Source: Mytilus edulis
Taxonomy: Eukaryota
DNA length: 64,000 nucleotides
NCBI RefSeq assembly: GCF_963676685.1
Contig: NC_092352.1
Location: forward strand, 30,256,001-30,320,000
Reading direction: 5' to 3'
The translations under genes and the position numbers were made by a program. This document shows, piece by piece, positions 1-12,706 of the stretch. The number at the start of each line of letters is the position of its first letter. The first letter of the stretch is position 1. Under the pieces are notes generated by a model. The model had not been told where the DNA came from. It saw only the letters and a program-made list of their open reading frames with translations, and ran no database searches.

Positions 1-308
1 TTGTTCATTATGAAGGTGATATTAAGCTACTAATAGTAATTTTATTCGCTCGAGTTTAAAATCATTAGAATCTTCGTTCAGATAGTACGTTTTCGCGTAT
101 ACATGTAGCATCAAACTTTTGTGAAGAAAGTCTTTGCCTGCTGACGTCTCCATGAGCTGAATTATAAAACAATCGTTTAACAAAATTTTTGAAAGGCATC
201 AAAGCACAATCATTGTTTAAAATTTAAAACATTTTTTTTTTAATTTTCAGACTACTGTGAAAAAAAATAGAACTTTGAAACACACAGTATCTACGTAGAC
301 TATGGATC

Positions 309-1175
309 ATGGTTTTAAGAAAGCAGGAGATATTGGCTTATTGTGCAGCTGGTGTAGCTTTTCACATGATTGCATCTGCATTCAACTTTTATTATGTCAA
401 AGTTTTTATAAACCACTATCACATTGAAGAAACTTGGTTCCAGATCGCTCAAACCTTTCATATGATCTGGACGTCTGTCAGTAACCCGTTATTTGCTTAC
501 ATACAAGATGGATCAAAGCTTAAAATCTCAAGAACAAGGCGGGAAAGCATACTGTATTGTGGTCCTCTGTTTGCCTTCTCATTTATCGTGCCTTGGTTTC
601 CATGGGGAGACAGTTCATGGCTTGTTGGTCTACATTTGATTATAACTTTTTTTCTTTGGGATACAATGTTTACATTCATAGGATTAGCTGTATCTTCATT
701 ATTCACCGAGATTTCTCGGGATACCGAAGATAGAATAAAGTTAACTCGATATGCACAAATGGCTAGTATACTTGGTGGTCCAAGCGTTATGTTATTAGAA
801 TTTACCTCCGACAGTTTACACAATTTTAAAGCCTTCCAGATAACGTCCGTGTGTGTTGCAGTGTGTGCTTGTAGTTTATTTTACTACTCAGGACTTAATG
901 CTCATACGGAATATGATGTTAAGAAATTAGAAAAATACGAACTTTCAAAGAACTCGCGTGTAAATGGTAAAAAGGAACCGTACACAAATCAAGTATGTCA
1001 GCTGTTTTATGACAGGAATTTCATAGCATTCATCGTATCAAATTTTTGTCATGCATTCCACAAAACGTTTCTAAATAGCTTCATTGCAATTGTTTGTGAC
1101 CAGTTGATCTCAGAAGATGACGTGCCACTAAGTGTTCGAAAGTTGTTTTATGGTGGAATTTCATTAATGTCAACT
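309..1175 (+). CDS. MFSD13A: TMEM180/MFSD13A-like MFS transporter copy A, coding exon 1 (full gene 309-1175, 1916-2070, 2797-2880, 5300-5564; ~456 aa)
   Basis: Hydrophobic ORF with family motifs YYVKVF, PLFAYIQD, GPLFAFSF, WDTMFT, EDR and RNFIAF. Upstream acceptor ttttcag ends at 250. Phase-0 donor GTAGG at 1176. Confidence 0.88.
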
Positions 1176-1280
1176 GTAGGTTTTAAATTTGTATATTCCT
1201 TAATGTTACGGGAAATGAATTTATGATATGATAATATTGGGTAAGGTTTTTATAATTTAATTGACAAAACTATACGTGCA

Positions 1281-1782
1281 TAGTTCAGTATGTATATGTT
1301 GTGTACAAATTGTAATGTTGTACAAATTATAATTTGTATTGTACAAGTTGTAAGTGTTTATGAACCGCAGAACACAAATGGATGATGCAAGCACACAGTC
1401 TTTTGTTTTGCATATTTCTGTTATATTTCTGTGACTTCATGATGCAGTCTTATATTGAACATTGATACAAAAACATTTAAAGAGCACTAAACGACTTTTT
1501 ATGGATATGCATTGTGTATCATGAGAAAAATAAAAATAGAATTTAAACCATTCAGGTGTTCTAATTTACAGTTTTAGGACAACGAAAAAAAGCATTAAAA
1601 GTTAGGTTGAAGTATATAGATTTGAATTTAAGCATTTAGCTGATAAATTTTAGAAGATAAACTTTTATCAGCTGGTGCAAAAAGTTCTGTGTCAAAAAAC
1701 TTATAACTTGTACAAAAACCCTGTACAAATTATAATTTGTACAAACTTACATCTTGTACACAACATATATATTGCTTAACTG
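1281..1782. mobile_element. Degenerate MITE with terminal inverted repeats in copy A intron 1
   Basis: atatgttgtgtacaa...tgtacaagttgtaagt at about 1295-1355 is mirrored by acttataacttgtaca...ttgtacacaacatat at about 1700-1770. Confidence 0.6.
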
Positions 1783-1915
1783 CTCAGAATTTTTTCAATT
1801 ATTTTTCATAAAGAACGAAAGAATAAATCTAAATCAACGAATCAATCAATAAATCAATCAGTGTTTTACCATTAAGAATTAAGGAACTGTATTTCAAATG
1901 TGACTTTTTTTCCAG

Positions 1916-2070
1916 CTGGTTATAATCCTAGTAACAACATTTGTCTCCAGATATTCCTACTATTATGTGATCAGGTCTGCATTTGTTTATATCGTTTTTG
2001 CTGGAGTTGTAATGCTGCATATAGGACAAGATCATCCCTGGTGTCTGATGGTATTCCTGTTAGCTGATAA
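1916..2070 (+). CDS. MFSD13A: MFSD13A-like copy A, exon 2
   Basis: ttttccag acceptor; 155 nt encoding LVIILV...IGQDHPWCLMVFLLAD; GTATG donor. Same size and phase in all three paralogs. Confidence 0.88.
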
Positions 2071-2796
2071 GTATGCTATAATTTTGTTTCATTTCTTTTT
2101 ATACTTTTATGGAATATTTAATAAATGAGTATATTGCAGAAGACATTTGATAGGACACAACAAACATTGAGAGTGTTATGAAGGATACATATAATATCAT
2201 GGCTTATCCGAGATTCCGAGTCATGACGCATGTTTCTGTTATAACCTCCATCAGGTGCGCCTAAGATCAAACTAAGTGTAGCCAAAATATTAGAAAGTTC
2301 AGAGCACAAAATCGAAACGGCTTTTTTTTTCGAATGTGCAAAATCCTTTTATGTCGGGTTTTTCTTGGAAAAAAATAATTGTATTCGCAGTAGATTACTT
2401 ATACTTATAGGCTAAGCTGATATTTAAAGAAAATTGCGCATATGTAATAAGCATTATCCTCAAATAAGCCATCGATCCAAAGGAGACCAGCAGTAACGAA
2501 TCGGAGAAAGATTTTTTGTTACGATCAACAAAGGTTAACCTAACACTATATGAGAAGTCTTCAGAAAGTCCCGGGAACACCTGGGCCGCAATCAAACTAT
2601 ACCAACCATTGCAAAAACTAAGCTGCAATCCTAAGGCTTTGACTTATTTATTTAGCAGATAATGAAACAGTCGTCTTCTATTCTTATATACCCAATGTGC
2701 TTACTCGACTTTTTTTGGGGTAAAATAAATTGTAGACTTGGATATTTCATGTTACCGCTTGAATGTATTTTTGAGATGATTTATGTTAATTTTTAG

Positions 2797-2880
2797 CTGT
2801 GCATCAGGAGCTACATTTTCCCTATTCAACATGCCTCTAGCTGATATTGCAGATGATAACAAAAGCAAATACAATAGGAA
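2797..2880 (+). CDS. MFSD13A: MFSD13A-like copy A, exon 3
   Basis: tttttag acceptor; 84 nt encoding CASGATFSLFNMPLADIADDN; GTAAGT donor. Confidence 0.88.
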
Positions 2881-3700
2881 GTAAGTGTAACATAAAGGAT
2901 ATTTTTATTTATTGCTGGTGGCATCTGGCATTATGTGATTGGGATAATGTTTTCATTGTAAGTTTATAACGATAGTGAAATCTTATGATCAATTTCTTGT
3001 GTTATATTATCTTAACAATCCACTTAAAAAAAATAATCAAAAAGACCGAGCTCCAATGTAAATTTAAATAGGGGGAAGTCTATGAATAGTAACAAAATCA
3101 AACGTTATCAACCAAGGGAAGTCTTATTCCTAACTTGATACAGACATTATCCGATGGAAATGGTCGATTATTTTTTTTAGGGTTTATAGCTAGCTAAACC
3201 TCCCACTTGTATGACAGTTTAATATAGTTTCGGTTATATTGACAAACTTGGATGTTGTGTTATTCGATTGATTAAGATTAAAAGCGGGAGGCTTGTGATA
3301 ACAAACAATAGTGTAAACCACTCGTATGATATTGTTGCCCTCCAAAGTCAAGAACCTCTTCGGTCGTGTCTAGTTATATCTCGTTTTTATATATAAAAAA
3401 GAAGGTGAGGTATGATTGCCAATGAGACAACTCTTCACAAGAGACCAAAATGACACATAAATTAACAACTTTGTTCTTTAAACAATTTAACCTCATTTTA
3501 GATTTGATCTGGTAAATTTTACTCAAAGTTGTTCTATACTATTGAAAAGATGATTTATTTACTAGTTGTAATTGGCTTTAAACTAGTTTTCGGTTATAGC
3601 GAGTACTCTTAGTTTGGTGCTTTGTATCTATTGCTTTTATGTGAGCTGATTTTGTTGCTTCATACTATTAAATCTATTGATTTCAGCTATCTGCAACTGA

Positions 3701-4627
3701 TTTTTATACGACCGCAAACAATTTTTTTTGCTATCTTAATTGGTATCACGTCGTCGTCGTCGACGACCGAAGACATTTGGTTTTCGCACAAAAACTTTAG
3801 TATAAGTAAATATAAATCTATGAAATTTAAACTCAAGGTTTATGACCACAAAAGGAAGGTTGGGATTGATTTTCGGAGTTTTGGTCCCGACAGTTAAGGA
3901 ATTAGGGACCAAATGGGTACGAAATTAACCTTTGTTTGATTTCATCAAAAATTGAATTATTGAGATTCTTTGATATGCCGAATCTTACCGTGTATTTAGA
4001 TTTAAATGTTTGGTCCTATTTTAAAATTAGTCTACATTAAGGTCCAAAGGGTCCAAAATTAAACTTAGTTTGATTTTAACAAAAAAAAAAATTCTTGGGA
4101 TTCTTTGATATGCTGAATCTGAACATGTACTTTGATTTTTGATTATGGGCCAAGTTTTCAAATTGGTCCAAATCGGGGTCCACAATTAAACTTTGTTTGA
4201 TTTTAACAAATATTGAATACATTTGTATATGGGGTTCTGTGATATGCCGAATCTTAACATGTATTTAGATTTTTGATATTTTGGCCCCTTTATCAAATTG
4301 GTCCACATTGAGGTCTAAAGGGTCCAACATTGAAATTTATTTGATTTCATAAAAAATTGAATTCTATGGGCTTTTTTTTAAAATATGCTGAATCTAACCA
4401 TGTATTTAGATTCTGGATATTGGACTATAAAAGGTAAATGTTCAATTTAAATTTTTCAAGTTCTTAGACCACATTCATTCTGTGTCAGAAACCTATTCTG
4501 TGTCAACTATTTAATCACAATCCAAATTCATAGCAGTATCAAGCTTGAATGTTGTGTCCATACTTGCCCCAACTATTCAGGGTTCGACCTCTGCGGTCGT
4601 ATCAAGCTGCGCCCTGTGGATCATTTT
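3701..4627. mobile_element. Helentron-associated (HINE/pearl-like) non-autonomous element
   Basis: T-rich start TTTTATACGACCGC, (GTC)n microsatellite, internal degenerate tandem repeats and subterminal inverted GCGGTCGTAT. Same termini as the element at 14618-15573. Confidence 0.65.
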
Positions 4628-5299
4628 ATTACAGTTTCTTCTTGTGTTATGCTGTTATACCACTCTGCCAGGTTTGGGGTGTGTTGAGTGCTCAAAAACA
4701 TGTTTAACCCCTTATGTGCATGTCCCAAAGTCATACACCTCGTCAATTGTGTTTTGTCTAATCATGTTATGTTTTTTTTTTTGTTTTTTTTTTAAATATT
4801 TGGAGATTTGGTGAAGATATAGCATATTATTTTAAAATAGTTTATGTTCAATTTAGATAATTACTACAGCAATAATCGTCTAACATTTTGTTGAAAACTA
4901 CAACTGTTTCTATTCGTCAATTTAGTCTGCGTCTTCATTTTTTGTCAGCTCATATATTTTGGTGATTTTTTTTCAAAATATTTGATAGTCTCTCCTGTTT
5001 ACTCCTTTTGGAACGATTTCAATATTTCATCAAGTGATGTTAAGTACAGACTTATTGTTGAAGGTAGTATAACTACCCAAAGATATTGGTTTTTTTTTTA
5101 TTCCTGTGACGTTAAAAGAGTAATTCTTCTTGTTGGTAAGTATAATCCTTAATAGTATATTAAAATTTGCACAGTACTCAAAGAATTTGTAAACACACTT
5201 CCCCCGATGATAGAATATACAAAATCGCGTGCATTTCCCATGAAACATGTATTAAGTCGTCAAAAATCCATTATTATCTGTTTTTTTCATATTTTTCAG

Positions 5300-5564
5300 A
5301 CAACCTATATCGTCCACTGTATTTGGAATAAGTGCATTGTTGTCAAAACCAGCCTTGTCATTGTCACCAATGGTTACTGTCTCAATATTAAATCATTACG
5401 GATATAGTGAATTAAAAAACAACACAGTAGAAGCTTCACATGAATTGAAACATGCCATGTTCCTGCTTATATGTCTGTATCCAATAGCTATAGGGATAGT
5501 GCAACTCATTGCCTGGTCTTTCTTTGATATCAAACAGAAAACAGTACAAATAAATGTCTTATAA
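5300..5564 (+). CDS. MFSD13A: MFSD13A-like copy A, last exon
   Basis: tttttcag acceptor; encodes QPISSTVFGISALLSKPA...YPIAIGIVQLIAWSFF and the stop. Confidence 0.88.
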
Positions 5565-5704
5565 ATATTTGTCATATTTCTTTTCTTTATTTTCATTCTT
5601 TTCAAAAGTTATTGATCTTTGTAAAATCAACATCTTCCTTGGGCACATTAAAAGATACTTTTTCGGTACTTATACATCTTCAGATTTCAAATGTTTGGCT
5701 TTGA

Positions 5705-5746
5705 GCGTTCCTGATGAAGGTAACTCCAGAAAAGCGCTTCGGACGC
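5705..5746 (+). ncRNA. Minimal type I hammerhead ribozyme variant (Penelope/retrozyme-type repeat)
   Basis: gcgttc-CTGATGA-aggtaactcca-GAAA-a gcgc t-TC-ggacgc. Stem I pairs and loop III is palindromic, but stem II is atypical (A.A closing). A related copy lies on the - strand at 34027-34068. Confidence 0.55.
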
Positions 5747-6426
5747 AATAAATTATTAAACGTGTTGTTTTATATTTTGGGAAGCGATAATTTCTTAAAT
5801 TAAGTTTCGATAATAAGTTTGACTAGGAAAGTGGAAGAAATTGTCTCAAGTAAACTGCACTATTAAAGACTAATAAACTGTCCAAAACATACGAAAAAGA
5901 AAATAGTAATAAATCGATACCAGGTTTGTGAAGTATAAAAAAGACGTGTCGGATTAGAAAATCCTATGGTTGAGATGATAGTGGACGGATATCATCACTG
6001 TGGCCTTGAAATAATCATTTAAAAGAGGGAACGACGACATGGTTAATAAATTGGTTCATTTTTCATTTATTAATTTAAAGTTAGTTTATTCATCTGTAAC
6101 GATACACACCGTAACATGAAATTGATGTTTAATGTGTATATATCCAATAAACCAGGATACAAAGCCAATGCACTTGTATTTTGTATTTACACGGATATGC
6201 GGCTAAGGTAACAATTTTATTAAAATAATATGATGTCAAAATAACATTTAGTGTGGAAGTATTCATGCCTGATCTTTCAACTATATAGGTTTGTAGAATT
6301 TCTTTCTTCATTTGTCACTTAAATGTATAAAAAAAGCCACGCAACAGTAAACTTGTGACCCTTCTGAGTTGCACACATATATACACTGAGGGAAGAAGAA
6401 AAACTTTTTCAAAGATAACAGGTTTT

Positions 6427-6545
6427 CAGTGGCGGATCCTGGGGAAGGGGGGGGGGGGGTTTCGGAACCCCCTTTTTTTGGACGATCAATGCATTTGAAT
6501 GGGAACATGTAGATTGACCCCCCCCTTTATTCTGGGTTAGGACGC
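6427..6545. mobile_element. Truncated CAGTGGCGGATCC-terminus MITE (hAT-like)
   Basis: Shares its 5' TIR and the internal cgatcaatgcatttgaatggg sequence with 25440-25595. Confidence 0.6.
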
Positions 6546-7345
6546 CCGTCAGACGCCCGTCAGACGCCCGTGTCTACTACATAAGGCTCTTCAGTCGCCT
6601 TCATATTAAAACAGTTGAAATAATAACCCCCAAAAAAATCAAAAAATGATGAGCATTGAACTTCAAGTGTTGCAAATTCTAGCTACGGATATTTTTGTAA
6701 TGGGGAAGCAAACCTTAATGTTGAGAAAAATATTGACATTTTATGAACAGTATGTTTAACCAGAAATGATTGCACCAATGCTATTTGTTTACAGTGTTGA
6801 CCGCAAATGACAGCCCCTAGGACGTTGTCTATCACATCGATTGGTGGTTGTACTTGTAAACACCTGACAAAGATATCATGCTTAAAATTTACTTTAAAGT
6901 CAGAAATTATTGTGTGTGTTTCAGTGGTGTGTTTGTTATTACAATATTTGAAGAATGGACAAAAATGCTAGAGTAATTATTGTGATTTCATAAACATGCA
7001 TCAGATATCACAATGCGAGTTCTTATCATTGCGGTAACGTCACCAAGTCACATTATTCGCATTAATATAAACCTCACAATAGTTTCTAGATTTAAAGTTG
7101 TTTGAATTAGAAATTTACAAACGATATAACATTACTAAAAATTGCTAAAGCCATTGTCTTTTAATAGTAAGAAAAGCATATTCATCATTATTACTGGTGC
7201 TTATAATGAGTGTAAAAAAGTGACAATGGTAGGTAGTTATACAGTGGCGGATCCAGAACTTATCCTAAGGGGGGCCCGCTGACTGACCTAAAAGGGGGGG
7301 GGGGGGGGGGGCGCTCCAGTCATGCTTCAATGATTCCTTATATAA

Positions 7346-7981
7346 TGTAAGATTTGAAATATTCAAATTTGAAATATAAGTTTATTATTAATTAATTGTT
7401 TAACTAACGTATTCATTTATTTTTGTAAGAATACGAAACTCAGTTTTTACTATTTATTTATGAAAGCGCTAATGTAACGTTGCGCTATTTTGAACAACAC
7501 ATTTTCCCGTTTCTGTTTTGTGACGTTACGCCTTTGACGTGCGCTTCGTCGTCTAGACTTTATTTGATTACATACGGATGCACATTGTTTTTTATTAGAC
7601 AGATTATAGTTGGTAAGAAACTTTTTATGTATACTATCTTTTTATTACATCAAAACTTATTTAAAGAGAGAAAACATTGTATACTATTTATTAGAAATAT
7701 GCGTAACTTTTAATTATTATTTTAAACGTAATTTAACTTACGAGAGAACTTATGATACATGAATGAAATGGTTTTTATTGTTTGTTTAGTTTAATGTGAA
7801 TACTTAAACATGTATCTTATTATAATTTGTGTACTTTTACTTATGTGAAATTATTCTTTATTTGTAGAGAATCGATTGTTAGCGACCATATGATTTTATG
7901 AATAAAAGATAGATACATGGTGCAAACTAACTCGCATACTCATCTCTTCGCCCTTAAGTTAAACTTTATGTGATTCGTACA
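7346..7981 (+). repeat. 5' LTR (636 bp)
   Basis: Direct repeat of 12071-12706; no mismatch found by eye. AATAAA at 7901. Confidence 0.95.
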
Positions 7982-8060
7982 ATTCTCAACTCTGGAGACA
8001 ATTATTAAGTTCTGGAGGAGATTCTAAAATTGTGCCGATTTTTTACTATTTGGTTAAAAA

Positions 8061-11000
8061 ATGGCTACCGATAGACGGAATGAAGACTGTCTGGACTTCG
8101 GTGATGTAAAACGGACTCGTAGTACGAATTTAGCGCAGCTTACTAAATTGTACAAAGAATTGAACATTTGCCTTGCTAGATGACGGAGCAGATAAAACTT
8201 TATGTGATGAACGATTACTTCAGAAATTAAATATAGCCAGCAAGCCGGTCACTTTCGAGATGTCTACTGTTAGCTCTTCTGGTAGTACAATTCACGGTCA
8301 AGAAGTTGACTTACAAGTAAAAGCTATTGACGGAAATGATAACGTGTCGTTAAAAAAGGTCTGGTCAGTTAAGAAGCTTCCAATTTCTGCTCGATCTGCC
8401 GCAGAAAATGTAGATATAAGAAAATTGCCGTATTTGGCCGATATACAGATACCCTCTACTGATTTAACCGAGGTCATGTTGTTAATTGGTACAGATTCAC
8501 CTAACGCTCACATTCCGTTAGAAGTAAGGTCCGGTAACGAAAACCAACCATATGCAATTCGCTCACGCCTCGGATGGGCTATTCGGGGAGCCCGTGGTCC
8601 TATTGAAGATACGCATGCGTCAAACGTTATAAATGTACATTTTGAGGAGGCAAGGGATGTTTTGTTGCAGCGACAATTAGAACGGATGTGGACCTCTGAT
8701 TTTGATGATAGAGCACGAGAAGACAAGAATGGCTTGTCTATAGAGGATAAAGAGGCTATGAAAATGATGGAATCATCTATAACGCAGGAAGATGGCCATT
8801 TCAAGCTCGGACTACCTTGGCGCGATAGAGAGACCACGCTACCTAATAACATGGTTCTTGCACATGCCCGCTTACAACAATTGAAACGCAAATTGTCAAG
8901 TAATGAGACGTTACATAAAATGTATACGACAACTGTCAATGATTACATAGAAAAGGGATATGCCAAGGAGGTGACTAATATTGAGTCTAAATCAAAACGT
9001 GTTTGGTATTTACCTCATCACCCAATAACAAATGAAAATAAACCTGGAAAAGTTCGTGTAGTATTTGACTGCGCATCGAAGTATCAAGGAATTTCACTTA
9101 ACAGCCAACTCCTACAGGGGCCCGATTTAATGAATAGTTTAGTAGGTGTAATTATCAGGTTCAGACAAGACAAAGTAGCTCTAGCTGCCGATATTGAAGC
9201 CATGTTTCATCAGGTACGTGTTCGAGAAGACGACTGTGATGCGTTGCGGTTTTTATGGTGGCCTAACGGGAATTTAGATCAGAAACCTAAAATTTATTGT
9301 ATGAACGTTCACTTGTTTGGGGCTACATCGTCGCCAAGTTGTACTGCATATGCACTTAAACGTACGGCAAGAGATTATGCACATTTATTTGACCAAGAAG
9401 TTGCGCTAACTGTAGAAAGAAATTTCTACGTCGACGACTGCCTGAAATCTGTACCATCAGAGCAACAAGCTATTAAACTTGCTACAGACCTGCAATCAAT
9501 GATGAAAATGGGTGGTTTCCGACTTACAAAATGGCTCAGTAACAGAAGAAATGTTTTGAATGCAATACCAGAATCAGAACGCGCTTCATCTGTAGTCAGT
9601 CTTGGACCTAGTGATATGTTGCCAAGTGACAAAGCCTTAGGCGTTATTTGGGATGTGAATGAAGACAAAATCAAATTTAAAGTAAAACTATCAGACAAAC
9701 CTCTGACAAGGCGTGGTATACACCAATCGTTAGCTCCATATTTGACCCTCTTGGACTGGTTTCTCCAGTTACACTTAGAGCAAAAGCTATTGTACAGCAC
9801 TTATGCAAAGAGAAGTTTGGGTGGGATGAACAAATTCCACAAGAGTACCATGATAAATGGAAACGTTGGGTGAAGAACTTGCCATGTTTAGAAAATTTGT
9901 CCGTAAACCGTTGTTTCCTACCACGAGATGTTCAACATGTTAAAAATGTACAATTGCACATATTTAGTGACGGTTCAGAACTTGGATATGGCGCGTGTGC
10001 ATACCTCAGGGTCGTTGATGAAAATGACAGAACTACGTGCTCTCTTATGATGGGAAAAGCTCGCTTAGCACCAATAAAACAGGTTTCAATACCAAGACTG
10101 GAATTATCAGGAGCTGTTACTGCTTGTCGTTTGTATGAAATTTTGTCGGATGAACTCGAATTAAAGATAAATAAGGTTACTTTCTGGACAGATTCAACGA
10201 TTGTGTTAGGGTACATAAAAAATACGTCACGACGATTTAAAACATTCGTAGCAAATAGATTGAGCGTTATACAAAATACAACATCACTAGATCAGTGGCG
10301 TCACGTTGACTCCAAACAAAACCCTGCTGATATAGCGTCAAGAGGCATTGACGCCTGCGATAGGAAAAATCTTGATATTTGGTTGAACGGTCCAAAGTTT
10401 CTTCATAAAAACTCTGAGCACTGGCCAAGGAACGTACTGGACGAAGAACTAGGGATATCTGAGACTGATACGGAAATCAAGAAGGAAATAGCTGTACATG
10501 CTACAACCACTAATGCCATCGACAATTTGTTAGGATACTTCTCCGACTGGATAAAACTCAGACGAGCTATTGCATGGTTTAGGAGATTTAAGATTTATTG
10601 CAGAAATCGTTACCTTGGACATCATTTGCCGTGTAACAATGGTAATCTTAATGTAACAGAACTTAGGGAGGCAACCGATGAAATATTAGCACATGTCCAA
10701 ATGAGTTATTTTTCAGATGAAATAACAAACTTGAAGAAAGCAAAGCCCGTGAAAAAAAGGAAGCCGTATTGCTTCTCTCAATCCTGTTTTGGTTAATGAA
10801 CTTATCCGATCAAAAGGTCGCCTAAATTATGACTTAAGCACTTGTCCCGTGATACTGCCAAACAAACATCACGTAACTACGCTTATAATCCGTTATTATC
10901 ACGAAACCACGGGACACGTGGGAAAACAACAGGTGCTTGCAGCTTCTCGTGAAAAATATTGGATATTGAAAGGATCCAGTGCTGTGAAGACAGTTATCGA

Positions 11001-11988
11001 TCGTTGCGTACCATGCAAACGACAACATGGTCCGTTTTGTAAACAGCAGATGGCACCCCTACTCGAGGAACAGATGACTGCAGACAAACCTCCTTTTACC
11101 TTTGTCGGAGTTGACTATTTTGGTCCATTAAACGTTAAACTTGGACGGTCAGTTGTTAAGAGATATGGATGCCTCTTTACGTGCCTTACAACAAGAGCGG
11201 TTCATATAGAAATAGCCCACAGTTTAAATACGGATTCTTTTATTTCAGCCTTTCAACGCTTTACAAGTAGACGAGGCATTCCCGAAAAGGTCTACAGTGA
11301 TAATGGAACAAATTTCGTTGGCGGTGAAATCGAACTTCGAAAAAACATTGAACAATGGAATAAAGCAACTATATCAAATTATATGCTACACAAGGACATT
11401 ATTTGGACATTTAATCCACCATATGCAAGTCACCGCGGTGGTGCATGGGAACGAATGATTCGTTCAACAAGGAACATTTTTAAAGCACTGATCAATCAAC
11501 AACTACTTAGCGATGAACAATTACTGACATTTATGGCCGAAACTGAGCGTATTATGAATGATAGACCGATAACAGCAATAAGTGACGATTGTCGTGATTT
11601 ACCAGTTTTAACGCCAAATATGCTATTATTGGTGAAGAGCAACACGTCAACACCACAAGGTGTGTTTGACAAAATGGATATATATGCAAAACGTTGGTGG
11701 AAACAAATACAACACCTAGCGAATGAATTCTGGAAACGTTGGTTGAGGGAATACTTACCAACCCTACAGCAAAGAAGAAAATGGCAGAGGGAAGAACGAG
11801 ATGTTGAAATAGACGATATTGTTTTAGTTGCTGATGAACGTATACAGAGAGGACAATGGCCTTTAGGTAGAATAGTCGAGGTCACAAGGAGCCGTGATGG
11901 TCACATCCGTAGCTGCGTGGTCAAAACTAGTCAGTCACATATTTTGAGACCTATAAATAAACTATGCTTACTCGAGTGTTCTAAATAG
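8061..11988 (+). pseudogene. BEL/Pao gag remnant plus frameshifted pol (protease, RT, RNase H, integrase)
   Basis: 40-codon gag N-terminus (8061-8183). Protease TFALLDDGAD from 8164. RT motifs WYLPHH, RVVFD, ADIEAMFHQV and YVDD (9427-9438). RNase H motifs FSDGS, IPRLEL, FWTDS and NPAD. Integrase HHCC, GVDYFGP, SDNGTNF, WERM and WPLGRI. Frameshifts near 9721 and 10759. Confidence 0.92.
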
Positions 11989-12070
11989 AACTATTTTTTA
12001 TTGGTGACAAAATTGTATTACATTTTTCAAACTGTATTAAGAAATTATTTGGTAATTTCATTGTGGGGAG

Positions 12071-12706
12071 TGTAAGATTTGAAATATTCAAATTTGAAAT
12101 ATAAGTTTATTATTAATTAATTGTTTAACTAACGTATTCATTTATTTTTGTAAGAATACGAAACTCAGTTTTTACTATTTATTTATGAAAGCGCTAATGT
12201 AACGTTGCGCTATTTTGAACAACACATTTTCCCGTTTCTGTTTTGTGACGTTACGCCTTTGACGTGCGCTTCGTCGTCTAGACTTTATTTGATTACATAC
12301 GGATGCACATTGTTTTTTATTAGACAGATTATAGTTGGTAAGAAACTTTTTATGTATACTATCTTTTTATTACATCAAAACTTATTTAAAGAGAGAAAAC
12401 ATTGTATACTATTTATTAGAAATATGCGTAACTTTTAATTATTATTTTAAACGTAATTTAACTTACGAGAGAACTTATGATACATGAATGAAATGGTTTT
12501 TATTGTTTGTTTAGTTTAATGTGAATACTTAAACATGTATCTTATTATAATTTGTGTACTTTTACTTATGTGAAATTATTCTTTATTTGTAGAGAATCGA
12601 TTGTTAGCGACCATATGATTTTATGAATAAAAGATAGATACATGGTGCAAACTAACTCGCATACTCATCTCTTCGCCCTTAAGTTAAACTTTATGTGATT
12701 CGTACA
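12071..12706 (+). repeat. 3' LTR (636 bp)
   Basis: Direct repeat of 7346-7981, preceded by the purine-rich tract. Confidence 0.95.

Larger units (their letters stand above)
7346..12706 (+). mobile_element. BEL/Pao LTR retrotransposon, gag-deleted
   Basis: TGT...ACA 636-bp LTRs at both ends, TATAA 5-bp TSD, PPT tgtggggag at 12062-12070. PR-RT-RH-IN order with Pao-specific motifs. Confidence 0.96.

Noticed and set aside
7480-7713. Identical 77-aa ORFs at 7480 and 12205
   Set aside because: Incidental ORFs within the two LTRs, with a TTG start and no recognisable domain.
8170-8195. Protease site LDDG instead of D[S/T]G
   Set aside because: Variation at this position is common in BEL/Pao proteases, so it is not evidence of inactivation or novelty.
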